Source: an uncultured Alphaproteobacteria bacterium (GTDB lineage: Bacteria > Pseudomonadota > Alphaproteobacteria > HIMB59 > GCA-002718135). Taken from it: DNA of 64,000 bases. Under the pieces are notes generated by a model that searched no databases, had not been told where the DNA came from, and saw only the letters and a list, made by a program, of their open reading frames with translations. Location of the stretch: assembly GCA_902627245.1 (NCBI GenBank), contig CACOIH010000001.1, positions 29,376-93,375 of the forward strand, written 5' to 3'. The position numbers were made by a program, and so were the translations under genes. Within the stretch, counting starts at the first letter, position 1, and every line of letters begins with the position of its first letter. Positions 53,063-63,719 of this stretch are shown here, in pieces.

Positions 53063-53935
53063 CTATATTTTTATGCTTTCTAAAAGGTTGTTTGTATCTG
53101 CAATATATGACTTATCCCATAAGTAAACATTCATTAGACTATAATATAGCTGGTATATAGGTTCATAATTTATGTAATCTTGATCTAAACTAATTCGATC
53201 ACCATATTTATCTAAAAAATTTTCATCAATAAAACTTGGATTAAACCATCTTAGATAAGCCACCTCCATTTCATTATGCCCATAAAAGGAACCTGGGTCA
53301 ATAAATCCAACAAAACTTTTATTATTAAACAAAATATTTCCCTCCCATAAATCACCATGCAGTAATGAAGCTTTAGGCTTATTGGGAATGTAATTATCAA
53401 GATTTTTTAATAATCTTTCTATTTTTTTATTTGTAGAATTTTCCATAATATTAGATGAATTAATTAGCTCAAATATATATCCAAGTCGATTTTCCCTATA
53501 AAACTCAACCCAACTTTTATTTTTTGTATTAATTTGTTTTAGACCACCAATCTGTGTGTTAAAACTAAACCCAAACTTTTCTGAAGTAATTGAGTGCATA
53601 GCTACAATTGCATCTAGCAAATCATTATGTGTTTTTTCTGGTTTTATTCCATTATTTTCTAAGAATGACATAATCAAATAATTTTCATTTTCTGAATAAA
53701 CATTTGGAAAAAAATTTAAATTTATACTTTTTAAGAATAAAAGATTGTCCAACTCCATTTTTATTGCATTATATTTTAGATTTGCATTTTGATAAAATTT
53801 TACTACAAAATTCATATCATTTTCAGTTTGAACCTTAACGCAATTTATCCTAAAGGAATTTGATAATAACTTGATATCAGTAATATTTTTATTTATGATT
53901 TTCTCAATAGTAATAATATCTTTATTATTTAACAT
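53063..53935 (-). CDS. Fructosamine kinase family protein (probable start 53935)
   Basis: FGF, W..FYRENRL, LLHGDLWEGN, IDP..FYGHNE. Confidence 0.9.
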   Translation of the reverse strand: MLNNKDIITIEKIINKNITDIKLLSNSFRINCVKVQTENDMNFVVKFYQNANLKYNAIKMELDNLLFLKSINLNFFPNVYSENENYLIMSFLENNGIKPEKTHNDLLDAIVAMHSITSEKFGFSFNTQIGGLKQINTKNKSWVEFYRENRLGYIFELINSSNIMENSTNKKIERLLKNLDNYIPNKPKASLLHGDLWEGNILFNNKSFVGFIDPGSFYGHNEMEVAYLRWFNPSFIDENFLDKYGDRISLDQDYINYEPIYQLYYSLMNVYLWDKSYIADTNNLLESIKI

Positions 53936-53941
53936 AAAATA

Positions 53942-54373
53942 ATGTTTCAACGATTAAATTTTCAATATCTTTTTTCTTATCTTGGATTATTACCATTTAT
54001 TATTATCATTTTAGATAAATATTTTATTTTTCAAATAAAAGAAGAAATTATTTTTAACTTCTTAATACATTATAATTTAATAATATTTGTTTTTACAGGT
54101 TCAATAAACTGGAATCTAGAAGTTAATATAAAAAATAATATAGTATTTTATGGTTTCATACCAAGCCTCTTAGCTACTATAATAATAGTTCTGAACTTAT
54201 ATGAATTTGATTCAATTAGCCTTATTCTAACAATTATTTATCTATTTTTAATTCAAATTATATTAGAATACTTTTTAATTTATAAAAATAAGTTAGATAA
54301 AAAACCATTCTATTTTTTGAGATTTCCATTAACATTAATAATTATTTTATTTTCATTAATAATTATAATTTAG
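53942..54373 (+). CDS. DUF3429-like membrane protein
   Basis: YLGLLPF, FTGSINW, LRFPLT; several TMs. Confidence 0.7.
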   Translation: MFQRLNFQYLFSYLGLLPFIIIILDKYFIFQIKEEIIFNFLIHYNLIIFVFTGSINWNLEVNIKNNIVFYGFIPSLLATIIIVLNLYEFDSISLILTIIYLFLIQIILEYFLIYKNKLDKKPFYFLRFPLTLIIILFSLIIII

Positions 54374-55355
54374 TCTCAATCGATCCTATATTTAAATTTG
54401 CATGGTTAATTATTTTAAAATTATAAAATTTTTTAAAATCTATTAATTCAGAGGCACTAATCATTTTAAATCTCTTAAAAATTTTGTATAAAATTGAAGG
54501 AAGCGCCCTTTCATTTCCATCGGTTATTTTAATCACGCCTACAATTTTGTTTGCTAAATCAGCAAATAAAAAAACACCTTCAGCACCACCTTTACAAAAT
54601 ATTCTTTTTTTTGAAATTATCATTACCCTGCTATCTAAACTATCAGAACCACCAATATATTTTGGATTAGAAGTTATGCTTTTAATCAATATATTTACTT
54701 CATTGCTATAAGCAAATTTACCATTATAACTATTTACCAAATTTATTAACATTTTAGATATATCTTTAATTTTAAAAGAATACTGTGGAGCACTACAGCC
54801 ATCGATACCGAAGTTTTTATTACTTATTTTTTTACCTGTAAATTCTTCAAAAATTTTTCTTATTTCTCTTTGGTGTTCATGTTCGAAATTTAAATAATTG
54901 TTAACGTTATAGCCATTTATTAAAGAGCTAGAGATCATAGCCAAATGTTTTCCTGCACAATTATTATGTAATTGATTAATAACTTTATTTGATTTTAATA
55001 ATTTTTCTGAAGCTTTGACATTTAGAGGGTTATGTATTCCACACTTAAGATTATCTACTCTTATTCCAATTTTTCTAATCCAGTTTGTTAACTCTTTTAT
55101 GTGATAATTTTCGCCCCTATGTGAAGAGCAAGCTAGGGCAATTTTCCTTGAATTTAGTTTATATTTTTTCACTGCATGTGATTGCATGAAGGGTATTGCT
55201 TGAAAAATTTTTATAGAGGATCTTGGGTAAATATAATCATTTTCATTATTAGAACTTAGAAGAATGTTACCGTTCAACCTAGATATTAATATTTTGATAT
55301 TATGAATACTCTCGACGTGATTTGATCTTATAAAACTAGTTGTAAACTTTTCCAC
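54363..55355 (-). CDS. Rhizobium-type (class 3, zinc) L-asparaginase
   Basis: RSNHVESIH, PRSSIK, CSSHRGE, NNCAGKH, IDGCSAP, KGGAEG. Confidence 0.88.
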   Translation of the reverse strand: MEKFTTSFIRSNHVESIHNIKILISRLNGNILLSSNNENDYIYPRSSIKIFQAIPFMQSHAVKKYKLNSRKIALACSSHRGENYHIKELTNWIRKIGIRVDNLKCGIHNPLNVKASEKLLKSNKVINQLHNNCAGKHLAMISSSLINGYNVNNYLNFEHEHQREIRKIFEEFTGKKISNKNFGIDGCSAPQYSFKIKDISKMLINLVNSYNGKFAYSNEVNILIKSITSNPKYIGGSDSLDSRVMIISKKRIFCKGGAEGVFLFADLANKIVGVIKITDGNERALPSILYKIFKRFKMISASELIDFKKFYNFKIINHANLNIGSIETKL

Positions 55356-55383
55356 TTGTTTACTATAAACAAGTTTGTAGGAA

Positions 55384-56013
55384 TTACTTAAAAAAAGATC
55401 TGATAAAAGTGAATAGATTTAGGAAAGATCCATAACGTCCGAAAAATATTACATCTTTTTCAGTTATAGATAGGCATATACAACCTTCATCGTTTGATGC
55501 TATTGGGGTGTGTTTAATTTTTTGGTCATTTATTTGAATATCACCCTTAGAATAAGTCCCATATTCATCACAAAAACTTCCGCTTAAAACTAATATATAT
55601 TCTTTTCCGCCGTGGGAATGATTTGGTGCTGCTGTTCCTGGCTCCATTTTAATTAACTTTAGCTCATCTGCATCATCAATATTAGGAGTGTACTCACTAA
55701 AACCTTTATATATTTGTTTCCACTTTATATCATTTAAAGGTCCAACAATTTTTGAAAGAGGAGAATTGTTGTCATTTGTTGCTTCGACTGGTTTGGTTTT
55801 ATTGGTTAGACAGTCTGAGTAACTAAATTTTGATAGGGGTATATCGGTATTTTCTAGTAGATTATCACCAAGAACATTTTCGAATGTTCTATGGATACTT
55901 GAGGCTTTTGAATTTAAATAGAGGTAGGTAGATGCAAATATTGATTTTGACAACCCCAGTGAACCTGAGGCAAAATCAAAAATTAACTGATTTTTTACAA
56001 CTGTTCCGTTCAT
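55384..56013 (-). CDS. chrR: ChrR-family anti-sigma factor (cupin)
   Basis: DFASGSL anti-sigma helix; cupin HSHGGKE...GSFCDE...HTP...CICL; overlaps the rpoE stop. Confidence 0.85.
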   Translation of the reverse strand: MNGTVVKNQLIFDFASGSLGLSKSIFASTYLYLNSKASSIHRTFENVLGDNLLENTDIPLSKFSYSDCLTNKTKPVEATNDNNSPLSKIVGPLNDIKWKQIYKGFSEYTPNIDDADELKLIKMEPGTAAPNHSHGGKEYILVLSGSFCDEYGTYSKGDIQINDQKIKHTPIASNDEGCICLSITEKDVIFFGRYGSFLNLFTFIRSFFK

Positions 56014-56543
56014 AATATTCTCTGCATTTTAATTAAAATATGCCTTATTCTAGATTTAACTGTACCTAGAGGAATTTCAAGCTCTTCAGATATTTTTTTA
56101 TGGCTTTTATTCTCAAAAAAATTCATTTTTATGATCTGTCGTTGTTTATAATCTAGCTCTTTATTTATTTTTTCTACCTGATCTCTTATTTCATATTTAT
56201 CATTCTTATGTTCTGTATTAGCTTGATATAAAAATTCACGAATATCATATTCATTATATTTAAAATCCTTATTTTTCCTTAAAAAATCAACCTTTTTATT
56301 CCTAGCTATTGTATATACCCACGTAGAAACAGCTGATTTTGATGAATCGTATAAGTGTGATTTTGACCAAATCGTGCTCATTACCTCTTGGGTTAGTTCC
56401 TCAGCGTTATCGGATATTAGGCCATTCTGTAAATAATATGAGTTAATTTTAGGCGATAGAAAATCAAATAATTCAGAAAAAGCTATTTCGTCGCGGTCAT
56501 TGTTGATTTTAACCATTAATCTATCAAGTCCTGATTTATCCAT
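56010..56543 (-). CDS. rpoE: ECF sigma factor RpoE (ECF11, ChrR-associated)
   Basis: AEELTQE, STWVYTIARN, EIPLGTVKSRIR; paired with chrR. Confidence 0.9.
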   Translation of the reverse strand: MDKSGLDRLMVKINNDRDEIAFSELFDFLSPKINSYYLQNGLISDNAEELTQEVMSTIWSKSHLYDSSKSAVSTWVYTIARNKKVDFLRKNKDFKYNEYDIREFLYQANTEHKNDKYEIRDQVEKINKELDYKQRQIIKMNFFENKSHKKISEELEIPLGTVKSRIRHILIKMQRIL

Positions 56544-56616
56544 ATTTACAATCTTCCATTAACTTATTCTAAACACCCTTAACTATTTGTGTAAGATATA
56601 CTAAAAGAGAAAATAG

Positions 56617-57087
56617 ATGAAAATAATTTTAGCAATTTTTTACTTAATTTGCCTTTTTCTATCAGGCCAGACAGTTGCACTTGAGGCTGGGAAGTGGAAT
56701 TTTGTTAAGACAGATGAATATTGTTACATTGGTAGCATCGCTACTGAGACTGATCTACCAGCAGAAAAAAATAGAGGTGATTACTATGTCCTAGTTTATA
56801 AAAATATTGGTAGTAAGGAAATAGTAGTACAAATCGAAGCAGGATATGACTACAAGATTGGCTCTGATATTGTTTTAAATATTGATAAAGGTGATTATAT
56901 TTTTTATACAACCCAAGATCTTCCCAGTGCAGCTTGGACAAATGAAGACAATAAGGTTATTTTTGCAATGAAAAAAGGTTTAAAACTAATAGTAACAGGT
57001 GAGTCTTCTAGGGGAACAGTCACAAATGATGTATATACACTAAAGGGTTTTACAGCTTCTTATAATAAATTGATAGACGACTGTTAA
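56617..57087 (+). CDS. IalB (invasion-associated locus B)-like exported protein
   Basis: Signal peptide, [18 protein letters not shown]...YTLKGFTA, terminal Cys. Confidence 0.8.
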   Translation: MKIILAIFYLICLFLSGQTVALEAGKWNFVKTDEYCYIGSIATETDLPAEKNRGDYYVLVYKNIGSKEIVVQIEAGYDYKIGSDIVLNIDKGDYIFYTTQDLPSAAWTNEDNKVIFAMKKGLKLIVTGESSRGTVTNDVYTLKGFTASYNKLIDDC

Positions 57088-58271
57088 TGAAGAAAATTGT
57101 TTTAGCTTACTCTGGCGGTTTGGATACTAGCGTAATTCTTAAATGGTTGCAAAATACCTATAACTGTCCTGTTGTTACTTTTACTGCTGACATTGGTCAA
57201 GGACAAGAACTTGAACTAGTTGAAGAGAAAGCTAAAAATCTTGGAGTCGAAGAAGTTTATATAGAAAACCTTCAAGAAGATTTTGTAAAGAATTATGTAT
57301 TTCCAATGTTTAGAGCAAATACACTTTACGAAGGAAATTATTTACTTGGAACAGCTATTGCAAGACCATTAATAGCAAAACGGCAAATTGAAATTGCTAA
57401 TGAAGTTGGTGCAGATGCTGTTGCTCATGGTGCTACGGGTAAAGGGAATGACCAAGTAAGATTTGAATTAGGATATTATGCTAACGATAACAAGATTAAG
57501 GTTATAGCTCCTTGGAGAGATTGGGATTTGGAAACAAGGAACGATTTAATTGAGTATGCGAAAAAATATCAAATAAATATTCCAAAAGATAAGCTAGGCG
57601 AGCCACCATTTAGCACTGATGCAAATATTTTACATACATCATCTGAAGGCAAGATACTTGAAGATCCTTGGGAAGAGACTCCAGACCATGTTTTTTCTAG
57701 AACCAACGATTTGTTTAATACACCAAATCAACACGAAATAATTAATATAGAATTCCAAAACGGTGATCCAATAAAATTGAATGGAGAAAAACTTAAAGCG
57801 CATGAATTATTATCTAATTTAAACAAAATAGCAGGTATCCATGGTGTGGGTAGAGTTGATTTGGTTGAAAATAGATTTGTTGGGATGAAATCTAGGGGCA
57901 TTTATGAAACACCAGGTGGCACAATACTGCTACATGCTCATAGAGCTATTGAAAGTATAACTCTTGACAGAGGTGAAGCCCATATAAAAGATGAGCTAAT
58001 GCCTAAATATGCTGAAATAATTTATAATGGTCTGTGGTTTTCATCTGAAAGATTAGCTATTCAAAAATTGATTGATTCTACTCAATTGAAAGTAAATGGA
58101 GAGGTTAGAATAAAAATCTTCAAAGGAAATGTAATTGTATTGGGAAGAAGGTCTCCTAATAGCCTTTATGATACATCCTTAGTCTCATTTGACGAAAAAG
58201 GTGATTATAACCAAAAAGATGCTGAAGGATTTATTAAGATTAATTCAGTAAGACTTAAAAAAAATAATTAA
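57087..58271 (+). CDS. argG: Argininosuccinate synthase
   Basis: [32 protein letters not shown]. Confidence 0.98.
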   Translation: MKKIVLAYSGGLDTSVILKWLQNTYNCPVVTFTADIGQGQELELVEEKAKNLGVEEVYIENLQEDFVKNYVFPMFRANTLYEGNYLLGTAIARPLIAKRQIEIANEVGADAVAHGATGKGNDQVRFELGYYANDNKIKVIAPWRDWDLETRNDLIEYAKKYQINIPKDKLGEPPFSTDANILHTSSEGKILEDPWEETPDHVFSRTNDLFNTPNQHEIINIEFQNGDPIKLNGEKLKAHELLSNLNKIAGIHGVGRVDLVENRFVGMKSRGIYETPGGTILLHAHRAIESITLDRGEAHIKDELMPKYAEIIYNGLWFSSERLAIQKLIDSTQLKVNGEVRIKIFKGNVIVLGRRSPNSLYDTSLVSFDEKGDYNQKDAEGFIKINSVRLKKNN

Positions 58272-59152
58272 ATAAATTTATTCTTAAAAGCGATTGTTGT
58301 ATTTCTTAACAAGCAAGCAATTGTCATAGGTCCAACACCCCCCGGTACAGGAGTTATGAATGAAGCATTCTTTTCTGCTTCAGAATAATCTACATCTCCA
58401 ACAAGTTTATTTTTTTGTTCACCATCAATTTCTCTTTGCACTCTATTTATACCCACATCTATAACTATCGCATTTTTTTTAATCCAATTACCTTTAACAA
58501 TTTCAGGCCTGCCTACAGCTGCTACTAATATATCAGCTTCACTACAAATTTTTGGTAAATCCGTAGTTTTGGAGTGGGCTATAGTTACAGTACAGGACTC
58601 TTTTAATAATAGTTGTGCCATGGGTTTACCAACAATATTTGAACGACCAATCACTACAGCGTGTTTACCTTTTAATTCTACACCTAGACTATTAAGCATT
58701 AATAAACATCCATATGGTGTGCATGGTATAAGTAAATTTTCATCGTTAGTAGCACTTATAGACAACTTACCAACATTAAGAGGATGAAAGCCATCTGCGT
58801 CTTTATTAGGATCTATGCTATCTAATACAACTTGTTCATTTATATGAACAGGAAGTGGTAACTGTACCAAAATTCCACTAACATTATCTTGCTTGTTTAA
58901 AGAATCTACTAAATTTAATAATTCTTTTTGGGTTATCTTTTCATCAAGGTGATGATCTATAACTTTAATTCCAACTTCAATAGCACTTTTAGTCTTTGCT
59001 TTAACATACACACTACTAGCAGCAACATTACCAACTTGAACTACTGCTAAACCTGGTTCTTTTTTATAGTTTATTTTTAATTTACTTATTTCTTTCTTTA
59101 AATCCTCTCTTAATTCTTGAGCAATTTTTTTTCCATCTATAATTTTTGACAT
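58268..59152 (-). CDS. folD: Methylene-THF dehydrogenase/cyclohydrolase (probable start 59152)
   Basis: [37 protein letters not shown]. Confidence 0.98.
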   Translation of the reverse strand: MSKIIDGKKIAQELREDLKKEISKLKINYKKEPGLAVVQVGNVAASSVYVKAKTKSAIEVGIKVIDHHLDEKITQKELLNLVDSLNKQDNVSGILVQLPLPVHINEQVVLDSIDPNKDADGFHPLNVGKLSISATNDENLLIPCTPYGCLLMLNSLGVELKGKHAVVIGRSNIVGKPMAQLLLKESCTVTIAHSKTTDLPKICSEADILVAAVGRPEIVKGNWIKKNAIVIDVGINRVQREIDGEQKNKLVGDVDYSEAEKNASFITPVPGGVGPMTIACLLRNTTIAFKNKFI

Positions 59153-59153
59153 A

Positions 59154-59435
59154 CTATCTTGGCCAATATTCAATTAGTAGACTTTTTACAAACCATAATC
59201 CAAGATATAACACAATAGGTGATAAATCTATTGAACCAAATGTTGGTAAATATCTTCTAATAAAACTAAGACTTGGTTCACATAAACGGTACATTGATTC
59301 CATTATTAAATAAACAAAACGATTGTTTGTATTTACTATATTAAAATTAACTAACCAAGTACCAATAATATATATTACAAGAATAAGCTGGAACAAATTT
59401 ATTAATTGTATTAGCAATCCTAATAATGAGTACAT
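59154..59435 (-). CDS. yggT: YggT family membrane protein
   Basis: EP...IRRYLP..GSIDLSPI. Confidence 0.92.
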   Translation of the reverse strand: MYSLLGLLIQLINLFQLILVIYIIGTWLVNFNIVNTNNRFVYLIMESMYRLCEPSLSFIRRYLPTFGSIDLSPIVLYLGLWFVKSLLIEYWPR

Positions 59436-59573
59436 CTGAAGTATAATTGGCCAATTTATGATTGAACTCTAAAGGGAAAAAATTTATTTTACCATTATTT
59501 TAATCACACAATTGCAAATAATTTTTAATTTTTCCTATCTTTAATATCTTTTAGATAATTTTAAATAAGTCAT

Positions 59574-59601
59574 AAAAAAAGCGGTCATTTAATGACCGCT
59601 T
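59574..59601 (-). terminator. Intrinsic terminator of the SBP gene
   Basis: Inverted repeat AAGCGGTCATT/AATGACCGCTT with U-tract on the minus strand. Confidence 0.9.
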
Positions 59602-59621
59602 CATAGTATATATTCTTTAGA

Positions 59622-60455
59622 TTACATTGAAATATCTCTTCCAAACCATCTTTTAGTTATTTCAGCAGTTGTGCCATCTTTAGACATTTCAGCTATAGCA
59701 GCATTCCACATTTCCAAAATATCTGTATCCTCTTTGCGGACTGCGCCTCCAACACCATCGCCAAAAACTCCACCTGAGAAAGTTGGTCCAGTAAATGCTA
59801 CATCAACACCTCCGTCTGACTCCATAAAATCAATTATAGAACCAACATCAGCAAGTATTGCATCACATCTACCTGCCGCTAAATCTAAATTATGATCATC
59901 AACAGCTTGATATAATTTTACATCAACGGCACCCGACATGTGTTTTTCTAGAAAATTTTGATGAATAGTAGATGATTGAACACACACAGTTTTACCGTCC
60001 ATGGCAGCTATAAGCTGTCCTATTGCAGCTTGTTCTTTACCACCTGCGTTATTTAGGTTTACTTTTGCCATACCTGCGATATTTAAATCAGCTAGTCCAC
60101 TATCTTTTAGAACTGCAAATCTCGCACCGTCTGTCATATAACCATTAGTAAAGTTTACTTTTTCTTTTCTTTCTTCAGTTATCGACATTCCTGCAATTAT
60201 AATATCATATTTACCTTGTAATAAAGCCGGTATAATACCATCCCAATCTTGGGTAACCCATTCACATGTAACACCCATTCTCTCACAAGCTTCATTCCCA
60301 AAGTCAATTTCAGCACCTTCTAAATCACCAGCAGAATTAATATTATTCCATGGTGGATATGCTCCTTCAGTACCAATTCTTATTGTTTGAGAATTTGCAA
60401 TCGAGGCTAATCCTAAAACACCAAGAGATAAAACAATTAATAAAAATTTTTTCAC
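59622..60455 (-). CDS. Polar amino-acid ABC transporter substrate-binding protein (Arg/Lys/Orn/opine type)
   Basis: Signal peptide, GTEGAYPPWN, WDGIIPAL, GMSITEER; GTG start with purine-rich RBS. Confidence 0.93.
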   Translation of the reverse strand: MKKFLLIVLSLGVLGLASIANSQTIRIGTEGAYPPWNNINSAGDLEGAEIDFGNEACERMGVTCEWVTQDWDGIIPALLQGKYDIIIAGMSITEERKEKVNFTNGYMTDGARFAVLKDSGLADLNIAGMAKVNLNNAGGKEQAAIGQLIAAMDGKTVCVQSSTIHQNFLEKHMSGAVDVKLYQAVDDHNLDLAAGRCDAILADVGSIIDFMESDGGVDVAFTGPTFSGGVFGDGVGGAVRKEDTDILEMWNAAIAEMSKDGTTAEITKRWFGRDISM

Positions 60456-60540
60456 GTTTCCCCCTTAAAGAAGTAATTTCAATTTATGAGATGACCATAT
60501 AAGCTAAATAAAAAAAAACAAAATAAATTGTTAACCCAAC

Positions 60541-60918
60541 TCAATTTTTTCTTATTTTATAACTAATAAAAAACAGGCTAAACACAAGCAATATGAAAGG
60601 AAATGCCCAAAGAAACCAATTTTTATAATTTAGCAAAGGCTTGAATAGTATGTACTCTCCATATCTTTCAACTAGAAATTGTTTGATTTCTTTTTCAGAT
60701 TTACCTTCTTTAAATTTAGATCTTACTATTTTTTTTATATCATTCGAAAATTCAGCCTCAGAGTCGTATATACTTTGATTTTGACATGTCATACAGCGTA
60801 GCTCCAATGTAAGTTTTTTGACTTTTTCTTCTAATGTTGTATTCGCAAATATTTCTAAACTAAGAAAGATAAAATAAATTGTTATGAATACTATTTTATA
60901 AGAGAGGTATGATTTCAT
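60541..60918 (-). CDS. ccmH: Cytochrome c maturation protein CcmH
   Basis: LRCMTCQNQSI, RYGEYIL, C-terminal TM. Confidence 0.95.
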   Translation of the reverse strand: MKSYLSYKIVFITIYFIFLSLEIFANTTLEEKVKKLTLELRCMTCQNQSIYDSEAEFSNDIKKIVRSKFKEGKSEKEIKQFLVERYGEYILFKPLLNYKNWFLWAFPFILLVFSLFFISYKIRKN

Positions 60919-61420
60919 TCTTGATTATTTCTTTTGTTAAAGGTCCCATAAATTTATAAACGATCTTGCCATTCTCATTAATTAAAAAAGTCTCTGGAAG
61001 ACCAAAAACACCGAATTCCAATGCAATCATGCCGTCACTATCAACTCCTACAAAGTCATAAGGATTGCCATCTTGTGATAAATAATTTTTTGCATCATTT
61101 GATTTGTCTTTGTGATTTAAGCCCAATAAATAAACGTCTGGATAAGATTTTGATATTTCAAATAATAGAGGATGTTCCACTTTACAAGGAATACACCATG
61201 AAGCAAAAAAATTGATTAACACCTTCTTATTCTTGAGATCTTCACTTTTTATTACATAATCTGAATCATAAAGAGATTTACTTATAAATATTGGAACATT
61301 TTTATTAATTAATGCACTAGGGGGCTTATTTGGATCTTTGTTACTCAACAAATACATTAATACAAAAAAGCAAATCATTAAAAGTATAAGAAGAGGTAAA
61401 AATATTATTAATCTGTTCAT
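60896..61420 (-). CDS. ccmG: Thiol:disulfide interchange protein CcmG/DsbE
   Basis: FASWCIPC, GVFGLPETF. Confidence 0.95.
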   Translation of the reverse strand: MNRLIIFLPLLILLMICFFVLMYLLSNKDPNKPPSALINKNVPIFISKSLYDSDYVIKSEDLKNKKVLINFFASWCIPCKVEHPLLFEISKSYPDVYLLGLNHKDKSNDAKNYLSQDGNPYDFVGVDSDGMIALEFGVFGLPETFLINENGKIVYKFMGPLTKEIIKNEIIPLL

Positions 61421-63282
61421 CTTTTACTAATTCCTATAAATCCTGATAAAACCATTATTAACACACCAACCCAAATAAAACTAACAAATGGATTAATATA
61501 CACCTTTACAAACCAATTATTATCCTTTTGATCTCCTACAATAAAATATATGTCCCTATACCATTGATGAAAAATACCAGCTTCTGTAGTAATCATTTTT
61601 GAGACAGGATAATAGTTTTTTCCTGCTTTAATCCTTGCAACTATTTTTTTGTTCTTTTCAATCAAAAAATTTGCTCGCAGTGCTTGAAAATTTATTTCGT
61701 TAGTCATTTCTATTTTTTCTAGACTTATCATTGTGTTCTCAATTTGAAATTTATCACCTTCATTTATGTTTAATTCATATTCATTTTTAAAGACACTTGA
61801 GCAGGTAATCCCAATTATCGCAACACCAACACCAATATGAGCTATGTAAGGATTTATTTTTTGTAATAATTTAAAATCATAATTAATTTTAGAAGACGAT
61901 ATTATTGAAATACAAGAAGCTAATATAATCCAAATTCCTAAAATTAACCCAAGAACCCCCCATGTGTTAAATGTTGAAAAATAAGATTGTATTAAAACTA
62001 TAAAACTTATCACAACAAATCCTAAAACATAAAGTCTAGCGTTTCTCACCTTATTAGTCTGCCATGATAAAATTGGAGCGATGCTCATAAGAAGAAAACC
62101 AGGTATCATAATTGGAATAACAGTTGAGTTAAAGTATGGACCACCGACTGATATTCTGTCATTTGTTAAAACTTCAACTATAATTGGATAAATTGTGCCT
62201 AGTAAAATTGTGAGTGTGGCAATGATCATCAAGATATTATTAATTACAAGTGCCGATGCCTTATTTATAAATAGAAAGTTTATAGGTTTAGAACTTTCTG
62301 GAGTCTTTAATAAAAATATTAAAAATCCAAAACCTGTAATTATAAAAAAAATTAATAAAATAAATAATCCTCTAGAAGCATCACTAGCAAAAGAGTGAAC
62401 GCTTGTTAAAATTCCAGATCTTACTAGAAATGTCCCAAATATGCTTAGGGAAAAACACAATATGGATAGAAATATAATCCATTTTTTTAGTAACTGTTCA
62501 CCCTTTGCCATCAAAAGTGAGTGTACAAGTGCTAAACCAGCAATCCATGGCATTAAAGATATGTTTTCAACAGGATCCCAAAACCACCAGCCACCCCAAC
62601 CTAATTCGTAATATGCCCAATAAGATCCTAATGCAATTCCAGCAGTTAAAAATGTCCAGCTTATTAGCGACCACTTTTTAGCTACAGAAATCCAATCTTT
62701 GTTTTTATTGTGATTTAATAGGCTTGCAATAGCTTGGCTAAAGACAATTGAGTATCCTACATATCCCGCATAAAGAATTGGTGGATGAACTGCCAAACCT
62801 GGATCTTGTAAAATAGGATTTAATCCCAATCCTTCTTCAACAATAACTGAATTAATTAAAAAAGGATTTGATGTAAATATAATAAATAATCCAAAAAGAA
62901 TATGAATTGACGACTGTATTAAAAGAGTTTCTTGTTTGAATTTAAGATCTATATTTTTTGTAAATGAAAATAGTAATCCATAAATTGACAATATTGATAC
63001 CCATAAAAGCATGGATCCCTCATGATTCCCCCATGTTCCAGAAATTTTATAAATTAAAGGTTTTTCTGAATGTGAATTCTGGAAAACATTGAAATTTGAA
63101 AAATCTGAAACAACATAAGCAAACATTAATGAAAAAAAAGAAATAATTGTTAAAACTGATGATGTTCTAATAAATAGGTTAAATACCTTACCATTATTTT
63201 TTATAAAAAAATTTGAAAAAATAAGATAAGCATTAAATAGTATTGCTAAAACTAAAGAGGCAAAACCAATAAGTGAGCTCAT
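61417..63282 (-). CDS. ccmF: Cytochrome c heme lyase CcmF
   Basis: WGNHEGS, HPP, WGGWWFWDPVEN, SVHSF. Confidence 0.97.
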   Translation of the reverse strand: MSSLIGFASLVLAILFNAYLIFSNFFIKNNGKVFNLFIRTSSVLTIISFFSLMFAYVVSDFSNFNVFQNSHSEKPLIYKISGTWGNHEGSMLLWVSILSIYGLLFSFTKNIDLKFKQETLLIQSSIHILFGLFIIFTSNPFLINSVIVEEGLGLNPILQDPGLAVHPPILYAGYVGYSIVFSQAIASLLNHNKNKDWISVAKKWSLISWTFLTAGIALGSYWAYYELGWGGWWFWDPVENISLMPWIAGLALVHSLLMAKGEQLLKKWIIFLSILCFSLSIFGTFLVRSGILTSVHSFASDASRGLFILLIFFIITGFGFLIFLLKTPESSKPINFLFINKASALVINNILMIIATLTILLGTIYPIIVEVLTNDRISVGGPYFNSTVIPIMIPGFLLMSIAPILSWQTNKVRNARLYVLGFVVISFIVLIQSYFSTFNTWGVLGLILGIWIILASCISIISSSKINYDFKLLQKINPYIAHIGVGVAIIGITCSSVFKNEYELNINEGDKFQIENTMISLEKIEMTNEINFQALRANFLIEKNKKIVARIKAGKNYYPVSKMITTEAGIFHQWYRDIYFIVGDQKDNNWFVKVYINPFVSFIWVGVLIMVLSGFIGISKR

Positions 63283-63719
63283 TAATAATTTTTATTCCAG
63301 TAGCCTGAATTTTCTAATTTTGATTTTATTGAAGCAGGCATATAATTCTCATCATGCTTCGCAAAAACAGTTGTAGCATTAAAAATTTCTTTATTTTGAA
63401 AATAACCCTCAATAACTGCCCCTTGACCCTCTCTAAACAAATCAGGTAGTATTCCTTTATAATTTACATAGATAGAATTAATATCATCAGTAATTTTGAA
63501 GTTAAAATCTCCAGCAGAAACTTTATTAAAACTATTTTTTTCAACAAAACCTCCTATCCTTATTTTCTTATCTAAATTTATATTCAAAGAACTTAACTCT
63601 GACGGGGTATAAAAATATGATATATTTTCTTTAGTATTAAATAAAATTAGTAAAGTAGCTCCTAAAACAAAAAATAAAGATAATATAATTAACAATAATC
63701 TTTGATATCTTAGACTCAT
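63282..63719 (-). CDS. ccmE: Heme chaperone CcmE
   Basis: IRIGG, LPDLFREGQG, AKHDENY. Confidence 0.96.
   Translation of the reverse strand: MSLRYQRLLLIILSLFFVLGATLLILFNTKENISYFYTPSELSSLNINLDKKIRIGGFVEKNSFNKVSAGDFNFKITDDINSIYVNYKGILPDLFREGQGAVIEGYFQNKEIFNATTVFAKHDENYMPASIKSKLENSGYWNKNY

Noticed and set aside
56544-56616. Autoregulatory sigmaE promoter (TGATCC...CGTA type) upstream of rpoE
   Set aside because: No match in the 73-bp intergenic region.
287-62398. Many short ORFs in the track antisense to or nested in real genes (e.g. 2354-2722, 9763-10281, 26446-26781)
   Set aside because: They are shadows of well-supported genes; their F/L/I/S-rich composition mirrors the Lys-rich sense strand and they carry no motifs.
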